DNA of 64,000 nucleotides from Synechococcales cyanobacterium VAR_4_metabat_354 (GCA_031414775.1 JANOQI010000033.1:30581-94580); one strand, 5' to 3'; shown: positions 32,954 to 43,882, counted from the first letter of the stretch. Notes: generated from the letters alone by a model not told the origin. Program-made: numbers and translations.

Positions 32954-33254
32954 TATTTGGCTACTGAGCGGTGCCGTTATCTTATCTATGGCTCCGGTTT
33001 TAATGTATCAAGGCAAAGAATTTAAAGCGACAGATAGCATTAATATCACTGCGATCGAAGCAGTCAGACCTGGATATAAACCTTGGTTTGAGCCAATTAT
33101 CAAGCCCTCTGGTGGCGAAATAGAGACTTTTTTGTTTGCAACTCAGGCGGCGATCGGATCAGGGATCACCTGTTATATATTGGGTTTATATAAAGGCCGC
33201 AATGAACGCCGACAAGCAGAAAAAGACTCCACACTGCTCAAGAATCGCGATTAG
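32934..33254 (+). CDS. cbiN: Cobalt transport protein
   Basis: [27 protein letters not shown]. Confidence 0.93.
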   Translation: MRKLPINIWLLSGAVILSMAPVLMYQGKEFKATDSINITAIEAVRPGYKPWFEPIIKPSGGEIETFLFATQAAIGSGITCYILGLYKGRNERRQAEKDSTLLKNRD

Positions 33255-34051
33255 TGCATATTCAATTCGATACTCTGGCTTATACTAATCGACTGCGCCA
33301 CTTACCCCCAGGGCAAAAGTTGTGGTTCGCGGTCTTGGTATTGCTCATAGCGCTGATATCTCATTATCCTGTGCAAATTGTCATATTTGGGTGGATGAGT
33401 ATTTGGAGTATCTTATATGCTGGCATTCCGCGCCAAATTTATGGTTCGATGATCCTAGGCGTGTTGGTATTTATGGTGACTAGTTTGCCAGCCTTAGTAT
33501 TTGAGTATGCTACCACCATCTCATTAGACATGCAGACGGATGCTTGGTGGCAAATGGATCTATGGGGTGGGCATATCTACCTCAGTCATCGCGGTTTAAT
33601 CCGCGCCATGGAAGTTTTTAGTCGATCGTTGGCGAGTACTGCGGCGCTATTTTTTATTGTTCTCACTATTCCAGCGATCGATCTAGCAACTGTTGGCCAA
33701 AAAATCGGTTGCCCACCGATCTTAATTGAACTATCGCTGTTGGTCTACCGTTTTATTTTTTTGTTAGCAGACACCGCCCAAAAAATAGTCACAGCTCAAG
33801 TGTCACGAGGTGGATATCGTACCAGTAGGCTCCGGATGAATAGCTTGAATCTACTGGTTCGGCAACTAATTCGGCGGACTGCCATCCGTTATCAGCAGTT
33901 GATCTTGGGCGTGAAAGCAAGGGGATTTCAGCAAGAATTTCGGTTCTGGCAGCCCCATAATTATCAATACTCCCACCGCTATGGTTTAGAAGCGATCAGC
34001 GGTTGCTTATTATTGATTACCGGGGAGATTTTCTACCGTGTCTATGTCTGA
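33254..34051 (+). CDS. cbiQ: Cobalt ECF transporter T component
   Basis: YRFIFLL, AQVSRGGY, ARGF; operon position. Confidence 0.9.
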   Translation: MHIQFDTLAYTNRLRHLPPGQKLWFAVLVLLIALISHYPVQIVIFGWMSIWSILYAGIPRQIYGSMILGVLVFMVTSLPALVFEYATTISLDMQTDAWWQMDLWGGHIYLSHRGLIRAMEVFSRSLASTAALFFIVLTIPAIDLATVGQKIGCPPILIELSLLVYRFIFLLADTAQKIVTAQVSRGGYRTSRLRMNSLNLLVRQLIRRTAIRYQQLILGVKARGFQQEFRFWQPHNYQYSHRYGLEAISGCLLLITGEIFYRVYV

Positions 34052-34895
34052 ATATTTGCTGGAATTTCAGGATGTTTACTACAGCTATCCGATGGCCGAG
34101 TCGCCAACGATCGATGGTTTAAGTTTTCGTTTACCTACCGGCAAAAATACGGCTCTGATTGGTCAGAATGGCTGTGGTAAATCGACACTATTCTTATTAG
34201 CAGATGGTCTATGTCAGCCTAGTCGGGGTGTCATCCAACTAGATCAAACGCCGCTGACGTTCGATCGAACGGCGCTCAATCGGTGGCGGCAACGGGTAGG
34301 CTTGGTATTTCAAGACCCCGAACAGCAACTGGTCGCCCCTACGGTAGCTGCTGATATTTCTTATGGGCTATGCAATCAGGGTTTATCGGAAGTTGAAGTA
34401 GCTAGTAAAGTCACCAAGACTTTAGCCGATTTCCACCTAGAAGACCTGGCCATGTCTCCGCTTCAGCATCTCAGCTTGGGTCAAAAAAAGCGGGTGAGTA
34501 TCGCGGGGGTGATGGCTTTACAGCCAGAATTACTACTGCTAGATGAACCCACGGCTTATCTCGATCCGATTCAAACTCGGAACCTGTTAACCGAGCTAGA
34601 GTCTATTGCCCAACTGGGTACAACCTTATTAATTGCCACCCACGATTTAGATTTTGTGTACGAGTGGGCGGATTGGGTATTGGTAATGAATGAAGGCCGG
34701 TTGCTGATGGAAGGTGCCACTCTAGAGGTGTTCGATCGATTGCAAAATATATCGGAGTTTGAGTTGGGAATGCCACTGCTGTGGGAAATGTGGCAGATTT
34801 TACCACCCCAGATGCAGCAGCAGCAAGGTGTACCCCGCTCGATGGCCGAGTTCCGTCAGCTCTTGAAAGCTTTTCCACTTTTGGACAAAGGTTAG
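34038..34895 (+). CDS. cbiO: Cobalt ECF transporter ATPase
   Basis: GQNGCGKS, FQDPEQQL, LSLGQKKR, LDEPT. Confidence 0.9.
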   Translation: MSMSEYLLEFQDVYYSYPMAESPTIDGLSFRLPTGKNTALIGQNGCGKSTLFLLADGLCQPSRGVIQLDQTPLTFDRTALNRWRQRVGLVFQDPEQQLVAPTVAADISYGLCNQGLSEVEVASKVTKTLADFHLEDLAMSPLQHLSLGQKKRVSIAGVMALQPELLLLDEPTAYLDPIQTRNLLTELESIAQLGTTLLIATHDLDFVYEWADWVLVMNEGRLLMEGATLEVFDRLQNISEFELGMPLLWEMWQILPPQMQQQQGVPRSMAEFRQLLKAFPLLDKG

Positions 34896-34943
34896 GATAG
34901 AAGTTCAGTTAGTCGCCCCTGGTCTGGAGAGGACATTCGATCG

Positions 34944-36485
34944 ATGAGCTTTACCAACACCATCATCTTGCAAATCATTATTTTTTACTGTTTGGTGATT
35001 GCCTTTCACAAATCTCCAACGGTTAAAAGCATCAGATTTAGTGCGATCGGACTGCCCATGATCATTGGCCTGTGCTGGTATTTTGCGCCCAAATACACCT
35101 TGGTGGTTGGCCTCGGGCTGTGGCTACTGCTAATTCTGTGGCCGATCTCGCTGATGCGTCGCTTGAATATTCTCACCTCCCAAGCTCAATTCGATCAGGC
35201 CAGTCGCCATGCGGCGCGGATGCGTTGGCTGATTCCCACCGACGGGATGTGGATCTATCCCCAGATTTTACGTGGCTTAGCTTTGTGGCAACAGGGCGAA
35301 GTCACCACCGCTGAAAAAATCCTGAGCCGTTACCAAGCTGACCAGCGGATGATGCCCCGCAATGCGATCGCCCTCAGTTACCGGGTTGCTAATCGATGGG
35401 CAGAATATTTGGCTTGGGTCGATGGCCACATGAGTCCGATCGAATTAGAACGCGACCAGTCGCCACTCAGAACTTACTACTTACGAGCTTTAGGCGAAAC
35501 CGGTGATTTACCGAGGTTACTGGCGTTGATCGACAAGTTACCACACAGTAGTAACCTGTTGATATCACGGCTCCAAACCTTGGCCTTTTGCGGCAGAACG
35601 GAATCGGTAGCTCCCCTTGCTCCCTACGCCCTGCGCCCCTTTCCGTTTACCAGTCAAGAATTTTGGTTAGGCACGGCAGAATTAGCAGCTGGTCAAGGTG
35701 CACAAAGACTACATCAGCTCCAGACCACTGATAATTTTTATCTCCAGCAAGATTTGTCCTGGCGGTTGGCTCATCCCCTCCCCAACCTTCAAAAATTACA
35801 TCCCAATGATTGGGCGCTGGTCTCGCACATCGAAGCCGCCACTCTCCAAGAAATTAATCATGACCAAATAGTCCCAGCACAAGTCTCCATGCCAGCTACT
35901 AAATTTTTGCTATGGCTCAATATTAGCGTATTCGTCGCCGAACTTGGCTGGAAAATGTTTTCAGCTGCGCCCCAAGTACCCTGGCTCAGTTGGGGTAGTC
36001 TAATTGCACCGTTGGTGATGGCCGGGGAGTGGTGGCGACTAATTAGTGCTAACTTTTTGCACCTCAATTTCATTCACCTATTTATGAACATGCTGGGGTT
36101 AAACTATCTAGGCAAATTTGTCGAGCATCGCTTAGGAACGGTCAAATTCATCGTGGCCTATGTGCTGACTGGGATCGGGGCGATGGCCTGTGTTACCTAT
36201 GTAGACCTGTGGCAACCAGCAACCCAAATACGAGCTACCGCTGGAGCCTCCGGCGCAATTATGGGTTTATTGGGAGTAATGGGGGCAATTTATTTGGTCA
36301 GCTGGTGGCAGCATCGGGCACCCACTGCCAGCCGAGAACTGAAGTCGATCGGGGTGGCGGTGGGGTTGCAGTTGTTGTTTGATATCACCAATGGGCAGAC
36401 CAGCATTGTTGGTCACTTTTCCGGGCTGGCGATCGGATTGGTAGTGGGGGTGGTGTTAGCGAGTATCAAGAGCAAGAAAGTTTAA
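34944..36485 (+). CDS. Rhomboid intramembrane serine protease with N-terminal extension
   Basis: WWRL..NFLH..HLFMN, GASGA, GHFSG. Confidence 0.9.
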   Translation: MSFTNTIILQIIIFYCLVIAFHKSPTVKSIRFSAIGLPMIIGLCWYFAPKYTLVVGLGLWLLLILWPISLMRRLNILTSQAQFDQASRHAARMRWLIPTDGMWIYPQILRGLALWQQGEVTTAEKILSRYQADQRMMPRNAIALSYRVANRWAEYLAWVDGHMSPIELERDQSPLRTYYLRALGETGDLPRLLALIDKLPHSSNLLISRLQTLAFCGRTESVAPLAPYALRPFPFTSQEFWLGTAELAAGQGAQRLHQLQTTDNFYLQQDLSWRLAHPLPNLQKLHPNDWALVSHIEAATLQEINHDQIVPAQVSMPATKFLLWLNISVFVAELGWKMFSAAPQVPWLSWGSLIAPLVMAGEWWRLISANFLHLNFIHLFMNMLGLNYLGKFVEHRLGTVKFIVAYVLTGIGAMACVTYVDLWQPATQIRATAGASGAIMGLLGVMGAIYLVSWWQHRAPTASRELKSIGVAVGLQLLFDITNGQTSIVGHFSGLAIGLVVGVVLASIKSKKV

Positions 36486-37258
36486 TATCCACCGCCAGTA
36501 GAATTCAAAATCTGTCCCGTAATCCACTGGGCATCATCGGTGGCTAGCCAACCAATCAACCGAGCCGTATCTTCGGGCTTGCCCCAGCGCCCCTGCGGAT
36601 TGGCAGCGCGAATTAGCTCATAGAGTTCGGCATTAGCCCAGCCCGTATCGGTGGCACCAGGATTTACAGTGTTTACGGTAATGCCGCGTGGCACCAGATG
36701 AGCCGATAAACTCAGCGTCAGTTGATGTAACGCCCCCTTAGATGCCACGTAAGCAAGTTCACTAGGCATCGGGTTGAGATGTTGCCCAGAGGTTAACAAG
36801 ATAATTCGACCACCAACATTCTTATGATGTTGAGTGGCAAAGGCTTGGGTGAGCAGCAAGGTACCGCGCACATTAACTTGAAAATGGGTATCAATTTTGG
36901 CGGCAGTTAGTTCTTCTAGATTCTCTGATGTACTGTAGGTATGGTTTGCCACCAAAACATCTACATGTCCAAAAGTTTGAACTGCACTATTCATGATTTG
37001 TTGAGGCACTGCTGGATCCAAGAAGTCTCCTTCAGCATGGGCAATCTTGGTACCATGCTCTTGCAGTGTAGTTATTAGTGCCGAAATTCCGTCAGGATCG
37101 GCACCCCAATCTCGATCAGCATCGTAGGGAGAAAAAGAGTGAATGAAAACATCGGCACCTAACATGGCAAGTCGTTGGGCGATCGCAAAGCCAATTCCTT
37201 TGCGCCGACTCACCCCTGTAACCAAGGCAACACGACCTTTTAAGACTGATTCAGACAT
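36482..37258 (-). CDS. SDR oxidoreductase
   Basis: TGVSRRKGIG, YVASK, VNPGATDTGW. Confidence 0.9.
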   Translation of the reverse strand: MSESVLKGRVALVTGVSRRKGIGFAIAQRLAMLGADVFIHSFSPYDADRDWGADPDGISALITTLQEHGTKIAHAEGDFLDPAVPQQIMNSAVQTFGHVDVLVANHTYSTSENLEELTAAKIDTHFQVNVRGTLLLTQAFATQHHKNVGGRIILLTSGQHLNPMPSELAYVASKGALHQLTLSLSAHLVPRGITVNTVNPGATDTGWANAELYELIRAANPQGRWGKPEDTARLIGWLATDDAQWITGQILNSTGGGY

Positions 37259-37407
37259 AATATCAACAATCCCTAAATTATCTGAACAGTCTATTTACAC
37301 AGATATATTAGCGTTCCATCGGCATAGATAATGAGAACAAAGGAAAATCGGGCTACAATTGATAACTAAGAGAGCAATTTATTGAATAACCTTCACCCGC
37401 CAAAGGC

Positions 37408-37719
37408 TTGACAATGCTTATTCAATCATCTAAATCAGAATTAACTGTCAGAGTTGAAAGTACTATTGATGGTCGAGTTGTGGCAACCTCTGTTGACCTA
37501 CCGGATCTTCAATCCCAAGCAGATAGCCGAGAAGAAGCTCTATCCAATTTAGAGACTAAAATCAGGGCGCGTTTGGTTACAACGGAAATTGTAACTTTAC
37601 GATGGGAGCTAACACCGCACAACAACCCTTGGTTAAATTTTGCTGGCAAGTATGCGACAGATCCTGACTTCGATCGGATGTTGTATCACATTGAAACAGA
37701 TCGTGAGTCGTTAGGATAG
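37408..37719 (+). CDS. HicB-like antitoxin
   Basis: ATSVDLPDLQSQADSREEAL..NPWLNFAG; directly upstream of PIN toxin. Confidence 0.65.
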   Translation: MTMLIQSSKSELTVRVESTIDGRVVATSVDLPDLQSQADSREEALSNLETKIRARLVTTEIVTLRWELTPHNNPWLNFAGKYATDPDFDRMLYHIETDRESLG

Positions 37720-37760
37720 ACTTTTTCGTGAAGAATCGCGCTCCATCCTAAATAGCTACT

Positions 37761-38186
37761 ATGACAAAATGGATATTAGATACTGACCACTATTCATTAG
37801 TCCAGCGAGGTAATCAACAAGTTATCGGTCGTCTTAAAAAAATAGATCCGACTGAAATATATATTACGATCATTACGGTACAAGAGCAGATTAAAGGTCG
37901 GTTCAAAAATATTGATGAAGCTAAAAACTCACCAAAACTAATAGTAAGTTACGACTGGCTTCAAACAACAATTTCTGATTTTAATCAGTTATCGGTATTG
38001 CCATTTGATGAAAGAGCCTATTATCACTACGATCGATTTCGCATTCAGCAGTTGAGAGTAGGTTCTCAGGATTTGCGTATTGCGGCAATAGTCATGGCAA
38101 ATGATGGAATTTTGGTTACCAGAAATCGTCGAGACTTTGAGAAGGTTCCTGATCTATCAATTGTTGATTGGGCGCTCAATTCTTAA
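37761..38186 (+). CDS. PIN-domain (VapC) toxin
   Basis: ILDTD, ITVQE, DLRIAAI, LVTRNRRDF. Confidence 0.9.
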   Translation: MTKWILDTDHYSLVQRGNQQVIGRLKKIDPTEIYITIITVQEQIKGRFKNIDEAKNSPKLIVSYDWLQTTISDFNQLSVLPFDERAYYHYDRFRIQQLRVGSQDLRIAAIVMANDGILVTRNRRDFEKVPDLSIVDWALNS

Positions 38187-38295
38187 AAGTAGCCACTCAA
38201 CGAGTAACGAACAGCGCCGATTTATATCTGAAAGGTACGATTTCTAGACCAGTCGTTAGAATATTAGGACTGTGCTTTTAGGAGGAATCTGAGTA

Positions 38296-39498
38296 ATGTC
38301 GATCGATCTCCTCCTCATGTTGGGATTAGGCTTTTTTGGGAGTTTTGGCCACTGCGTAGGGATGTGTGGTCCGCTGACTGTGGCTCTAGCACTTGCCAGC
38401 CAGTCGCCATCACCCACTTGGCAAAACTCCCTGCGGTTTCATAGTCTTTTGAATCTTGGTCGGCTGCTGAGTTATTTAATAGTGGGCGGCTTGTTAGGAG
38501 CAGTGAGCGCGACGATGGTTGCCACTGGCCAGCTAGTCGGGATTGGTAGTGATTTGCGCGCCGGGGTGGTGCTGATCAGTGGCTGTTTACTAATTTGGTG
38601 GGGTTTGGTGCAAATTAAGCCCCAGTTATTGCCACCCGCTCCCCAGTTTCTATATCGTCAGCTGCATCACTTAGTTAGTTCCAGCATGGCTAGCCAGCAA
38701 TCACCAGTGCTATTGGGTTTGATGTGGGGACTGATGCCCTGCGGTTTTTTGTATGCCGCGCAGTTAAAGGCGATCGAAACTGGTGATCCCTGGTGGGGTG
38801 CGGCCACAATGTTGGCCTTTGGCCTGGGTACCATGCCGATGATGCTGGGGGTCGGTGTCGCCAGCAGTCATTGGAGTAGCGATCGACATAGCCAATTACG
38901 CCGCGCCGGGGGTTGGATTACGGTGATCGTCGGGCTGCTCACCCTGGGACGCACTGGCGATACGATGGTCGATATTACTGGTTACGCCGCGTTAATCTGT
39001 TTAGCCACAGCGCTGTTGGCTCGGCCACTGAGCCGTGTCTGGCCACAGCTATTGTCCTATCGGCGCTTGTTAGGAGTTGGTGCCATGGTGTTATCGATCG
39101 CTCATATCTGGCATATGGTCGAACATACCTGGGGCTGGCATCTGGAAGCTTTGTTTTTTATGCTGCCCAGTCAACAGGCCGGAATTTGGAGTGGGGTAGC
39201 TGCTCTACTTTGTTTGGTATTGCCTGCTGCTACTAGTTTTGATTTGGCGCAAGAGCATCTCGGTCAAGCTTGGCGGCGGCTCCATCTATTAGCACTGCCC
39301 GCTTTGCTCTTGGGTACGACCCATTGTCTGTTGATTGGAGCCAAGTACTTCGGTACAGTACAGGTCAGTAGTGATCAACAACTGCGATCGATCGGCCTGG
39401 TTATATCTGTTTTGTTGATTTTGTTGCTGCGCTGTCGTTGGTTTTGGTCACTGTTATCGATCGAGAGATTATATGCCCCGCCTAAACAAAATAGTTAG
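38296..39498 (+). CDS. TauE/SafE (DsbD_2-like) membrane protein fused to a ferric-reductase-like TM domain
   Basis: GHCVGMCGP, GLMPCG; C-half RRLLGV..H..H, TS.D, WRRLH. Confidence 0.8.
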   Translation: MSIDLLLMLGLGFFGSFGHCVGMCGPLTVALALASQSPSPTWQNSLRFHSLLNLGRLLSYLIVGGLLGAVSATMVATGQLVGIGSDLRAGVVLISGCLLIWWGLVQIKPQLLPPAPQFLYRQLHHLVSSSMASQQSPVLLGLMWGLMPCGFLYAAQLKAIETGDPWWGAATMLAFGLGTMPMMLGVGVASSHWSSDRHSQLRRAGGWITVIVGLLTLGRTGDTMVDITGYAALICLATALLARPLSRVWPQLLSYRRLLGVGAMVLSIAHIWHMVEHTWGWHLEALFFMLPSQQAGIWSGVAALLCLVLPAATSFDLAQEHLGQAWRRLHLLALPALLLGTTHCLLIGAKYFGTVQVSSDQQLRSIGLVISVLLILLLRCRWFWSLLSIERLYAPPKQNS

Positions 39499-40033
39499 TA
39501 GATTGATGATTTGGGCTAGCGTTAGCAGTCTCGCACTGCCAGTGCTGGCGCACAAAGTTAAAACCAACAATGAAATTGGGGCGACCTTGCATGTGGAACC
39601 AGCCGATCAAGCTCGCACTAATGAACAGACTGTAGTTTGGTTTGCTCTCACTCAAAAAGGTGGCCAAACTGTGCCGCTCCGCCAGTGCCAGTGCCAACTC
39701 CAAGTTTTACAACTACCAAGTAAAAAATCTGTCATGCAACCAGCCTTGCGATCAATCAACGCCGAAAAATACCAAGGTATTCCCAGTGCGACGGTGTTAT
39801 TTAAGCAACCGGGAGCTTACCTACTAGAATTAAGCGGTCAGCCTGCGGCTGGCACGAAGTTTCCACCTTTCCAACTGCAATTTGATCTCACTGTGGCACC
39901 TGGCCGAGCAGTCAGCCTACCGGCAAAATCTGCCCAGCCAGCACCATTTAAGATCATGTTGGTGCTGTTGATACCAGCAGTCTTATTAGTCAGCGCGATC
40001 ACACTAGTACTGCTCAAAATCAAAAAAAAGTAA
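39473..40033 (+). CDS. Exported, C-terminally anchored hypothetical protein
   Basis: Signal peptide VLA-HKVK, HVEP, CQC, C-terminal TM plus Lys tail. Confidence 0.75.
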   Translation: MPRLNKIVSRLMIWASVSSLALPVLAHKVKTNNEIGATLHVEPADQARTNEQTVVWFALTQKGGQTVPLRQCQCQLQVLQLPSKKSVMQPALRSINAEKYQGIPSATVLFKQPGAYLLELSGQPAAGTKFPPFQLQFDLTVAPGRAVSLPAKSAQPAPFKIMLVLLIPAVLLVSAITLVLLKIKKK

Positions 40034-40121
40034 GCTCAACATAATTTATGAGCCATACCTAAAAAAATCTCACCGGCTAATGTCAGTGAGATATTTGATG
40101 AGGAGTATTGAATTACGAAAA

Positions 40122-40195
40122 TCGGGATGACAGGATTCGAACCTGCGGCATCCTGCTCCCAAAGCAGGCGCGCTACCAAGCTGCGCTACATCCCG
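40122..40195 (-). tRNA. tRNA-Pro (UGG)
   Basis: Reverse complement CGGGATGTAGCGCAGCTTGGTAGCGCG-CCTGC-TT-TGG-GA-GCAGG...GGTTCGAATCC...CATCCCGA. Confidence 0.97.
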
Positions 40196-40255
40196 TTAAA
40201 GTATTTTTACCTCAACAGTCTCTGAGTATAGCAAACAATTGTCTAATTGGCAAAA

Positions 40256-41890
40256 TTATTTACTAGGTACTGTCCACCAAGCTAACGCGTAAGCCTGACG
40301 AGGTAAATTCATCTGCTGGTGGAACTGTACCCGAATCTTATAGCGCCCCGTAGTGGGCACTTGATGGAAGATATGTTCCACACTATCAACACTACTCACT
40401 GATGACCAAATACTTTTCTTGATATCAGTATCTTCAGCACGCATCAGATAGATATCGAGATTATTTAAGCCTCGATCAGTGAATGTTTCCCCCACCATAT
40501 ATTCGCCATCAGCATTTTGGTCATTTAACTCTACCAACCTGTCCCAAGCCAAGGTCGCAGAAACAAAGCTGCCTTGGCGGAGAGGCTTGGCTAAGACATA
40601 ATCGCGATAATTGCCAGTCGTGATGTGATTGTAGTCCCAAGCGGTGGTGGCAACAGGTTTCGGTGGTGACCATTGACCGGCGCTAAATTGTTGATAAGCG
40701 CGAAAGGCATTAAGTTGACCAGCGCCCATTTGGTAGTCGAGCGGAATCTCTGGATCCTGGTAGGCATCACTCTCTAGCCAACTGAGATTATTTTTGGTCA
40801 AGATGGTGCGCGACATGCCTAACCGATCACCATTCCCCAGATCTTGAACTTTGTCGGCGGAATTCATCAACACCGCTTTCATTACTTCATGTTGCCGAGT
40901 GGCCAAACTCCAATGGTTAATACTGGGTGCCAGCGGATCAGGGTTGAATTTGCGCCGCGCCGCCCGCAGTTGTCGATCGCCAAATTCTTGCAAAAGTGCG
41001 ACAGTGGCGGTCAGATGGGGGGTGGCGAAGCTAGTACCATTAACTGTAATAGTTTTGCCATCAAGACCATACAGGCTAAAGCCGCCGCCGGGAGCAACTA
41101 AGCCGATCGATCGCCGCTTCCCAAAGTTAATCTCCCGATCTTGAATTTTTTTGGCCACTCCGATCGGCTGCTGACTTAAATTAGAAAAATCCACTTTCCG
41201 AAATACTCCATCGCGCTGGATGGTATAAGCCACATTGATGCCATTGAAGTTATCAGTAGGAATGGGAATGCCGCCTTTGCCTTGATTGCCTGCAACCAAA
41301 TGCAGGACGTTATTGCTACGGCTAGACCAATCTAAACATTGAGTGAGGAGGGCATTGCCATCCAACAGAGGAGTTTTACGATCGTCGCGGTTCAGTGGTT
41401 CACCAAAACTAAGGTTGATGGCGCGCACATCATTGCCATTTTGGTGGGCAATAAATTGAGCTGCGGAGCACTCAGCGGCCTGATTGGTTTGGCGAGATGT
41501 GCCCACTGCTGTACTATACAACCGAGCATCAGGAGCGATGCCTGGCCTAGCTTTATCGCGGGCGATCATCACGCTACCGACCATGGCCGCATGTTGCTCA
41601 ACGTTAATGTTCGATAAGGCAACTTCGTCGCGAAAAAAAATTTGCTCTGGTTGAAAAGTACTAAAGCGCGCTGACGATTTGTCGAAACGGAAAGCACCGG
41701 GTCTTCCCAATTCCACCTGTCCGATCGCAATTTTCTTACCAGTGAGATTGTAGGGAGGCTGCTGGAGTTTTTGGGCATCAATCCCATTTCGATCGATCGA
41801 AGACACCGAAGATAAAGGGCTAGCAACAGCGGCCATGCCCCAACCGCTACTAATTAATATCCATTTCAAACGCTGCCAACGCCGGATCAT
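40256..41890 (-). CDS. Secreted S8 subtilisin-like peptidase
   Basis: Signal peptide; IGQVELG, QHAAMVG, AGNQG, GTSFATPH. Confidence 0.85.
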   Translation of the reverse strand: MIRRWQRLKWILISSGWGMAAVASPLSSVSSIDRNGIDAQKLQQPPYNLTGKKIAIGQVELGRPGAFRFDKSSARFSTFQPEQIFFRDEVALSNINVEQHAAMVGSVMIARDKARPGIAPDARLYSTAVGTSRQTNQAAECSAAQFIAHQNGNDVRAINLSFGEPLNRDDRKTPLLDGNALLTQCLDWSSRSNNVLHLVAGNQGKGGIPIPTDNFNGINVAYTIQRDGVFRKVDFSNLSQQPIGVAKKIQDREINFGKRRSIGLVAPGGGFSLYGLDGKTITVNGTSFATPHLTATVALLQEFGDRQLRAARRKFNPDPLAPSINHWSLATRQHEVMKAVLMNSADKVQDLGNGDRLGMSRTILTKNNLSWLESDAYQDPEIPLDYQMGAGQLNAFRAYQQFSAGQWSPPKPVATTAWDYNHITTGNYRDYVLAKPLRQGSFVSATLAWDRLVELNDQNADGEYMVGETFTDRGLNNLDIYLMRAEDTDIKKSIWSSVSSVDSVEHIFHQVPTTGRYKIRVQFHQQMNLPRQAYALAWWTVPSK

Positions 41891-41975
41891 GCCTCTGCTC
41901 CTAATTGCATCCCAGCTTCAACTGTAAATCGGTTCGGCGAAATTAATGAAGAGTTGAGCAAAGAATTTTGCTAAA

Positions 41976-42695
41976 ATGGCCACAAAGAACTCCACGGTAG
42001 CGAAAATGACAGCAAAATCCACAGTAATTTCTCCTTCAATTCTCTCCGCCGATTTTGGTAAGCTTGGTGCTGAGATCCAAGCTGTTGACCAGGCTGGAGC
42101 CGACTGGATTCACATCGATGTCATGGATGGTCGGTTCGTCCCGAATATTACTATTGGACCAATGATTGTGGATGCTGTCCGCCCCTACACCAAAAAGCCT
42201 TTGGATGTACATTTGATGATCGTGGAGCCAGAACGCTACGTAGCCGACTTTGCTAAAGCTGGGGCTGATATTATTTCGGTACATGCCGAAACTAGCTCGA
42301 CTACGCACCTGCACCGCACTCTGGGCATGATTAAAGACCTAGGCAAGCAAGCTGGCGTGGTACTGAATCCTGGTACTTCATTAGATACGATCGATTACGT
42401 CTTAGAGCTTTGCGATCTAGTCCTAATCATGAGTGTGAATCCCGGCTTTGGTGGTCAAAGCTTTATTCCTGGCGTGGTGCCCAAGATTGCCAAGTTGCGT
42501 CAAATGTGCAACGAGCGTGGCTTAGATCCTTGGATTGAAGTGGATGGTGGCCTGAAAGGCAATAACACTTGGCAAGTTTTGGAAGCGGGAGCAAATGCGA
42601 TCGTCGCTGGCTCGGCGGTATTTAATGCCCCAGACTATGCTGAAGCAATTACTGGTATTCGGAATAGTCGTCGTCCAGAATTGGCAGCAGTTTAG
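41976..42695 (+). CDS. rpe: Ribulose-phosphate 3-epimerase
   Basis: [36 protein letters not shown]; start may be 42006. Confidence 0.97.
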   Translation: MATKNSTVAKMTAKSTVISPSILSADFGKLGAEIQAVDQAGADWIHIDVMDGRFVPNITIGPMIVDAVRPYTKKPLDVHLMIVEPERYVADFAKAGADIISVHAETSSTTHLHRTLGMIKDLGKQAGVVLNPGTSLDTIDYVLELCDLVLIMSVNPGFGGQSFIPGVVPKIAKLRQMCNERGLDPWIEVDGGLKGNNTWQVLEAGANAIVAGSAVFNAPDYAEAITGIRNSRRPELAAV

Positions 42696-42834
42696 AAACT
42701 GTTTTAATGAATTGAAATCTCCCTTGTTCTTTTTGTAAAAAGAGATTGAGGGGGATTGTTTTGTATTTGATGGCTGCATTACCGACAGAATATAATCAAA
42801 ACATGGCAGTAGTGCGATCGAGGGAATAAAACTG

Positions 42835-43446
42835 ATGACTAGTCTACAAATCCGCAACGAACCAGCATCGATGACAGTGGATATTTCTGCTCTGATGACA
42901 TTCCCGAAAATGAGCGAGGAGCAATTCTATGAATTTTGCCATCACAATCCAGATCTCCAGATTGAACGTAATGCCCAAGGTGAAGTAATTATCATGCCTC
43001 CAGCTTTTTCGGATACCGGTAATCGTAATAATAAAATTAGCTATCAACTAACATGCTGGGCAGAGCAGAATAACACTGGAGAGGTTTTTGATTCTAGTGC
43101 CGGATTTACTTTACCCAATGGAGCTATGAGATCACCCGATGCTTCCTGGATTAAACTTGATCGCTGGAATGCCCTAACCAATCAACAAAAATCTTCGTTC
43201 GCGCCGATTTGTCCTGATTTTGTGATTGAACTACGCTCTGCTAGTGATACGCTCAAAAGTTTGCAAGCCAAGATGCAGGAATATATTGAGAATGGGGCGA
43301 GTTTGGGATTATTGATCGATCGAAAGACTCATACTGTCTATTGCTATCGAGCGGATGCTTCGGTAGCTGTGTTAAACAATCCAGAGCTAGTCAGTTGTGA
43401 CCCAGAATTACCAAGCTTCACGTTGCAAATGGCTAAGATTTGGTAA
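42835..43446 (+). CDS. Uma2 family endonuclease
   Basis: FDSSAGFTLPNGAMRSPDASW, CPDFVIELRS, KMQEY. Confidence 0.92.
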   Translation: MTSLQIRNEPASMTVDISALMTFPKMSEEQFYEFCHHNPDLQIERNAQGEVIIMPPAFSDTGNRNNKISYQLTCWAEQNNTGEVFDSSAGFTLPNGAMRSPDASWIKLDRWNALTNQQKSSFAPICPDFVIELRSASDTLKSLQAKMQEYIENGASLGLLIDRKTHTVYCYRADASVAVLNNPELVSCDPELPSFTLQMAKIW

Positions 43447-43473
43447 TCAGAGAAAGCTGGTGGCTTCAACTCA

Positions 43474-43581
<108 letters not shown>

Positions 43582-43594
43582 TTACCAAATCAAA

Positions 43595-43882
43595 CTATTT
43601 GGCACCATAGAAAAAAGCGATTTCTTTATCTTTCAGCGGCGTAAAATCGGCAGCGGCCAACATCGCATTTAACTCATCGATCGGAATATGCTTAGCACCA
43701 ATCCGCACAATTCTTGATCGCATCGTATTAGAAACACCACTGCGTTGCCGACCAGCCTCCAAGCCCATCACTTTGCCATACAAATCTAGCTTAGCTGCTG
43801 GAATCGGGGTACCATCAAAATCAATCCCCTGGGCAATGGCTACATCGATCGCATCAGCACCTGTAGTCTGGTTATCAGTCAT
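43595..43882 (-). CDS. DUF4090 / Ssr1528-like protein
   Basis: TTGADAID.AI..GIDFDG, RQRSGVSNTMRSRIVRIGAKH. Confidence 0.8.
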   Translation of the reverse strand: MTDNQTTGADAIDVAIAQGIDFDGTPIPAAKLDLYGKVMGLEAGRQRSGVSNTMRSRIVRIGAKHIPIDELNAMLAAADFTPLKDKEIAFFYGAK

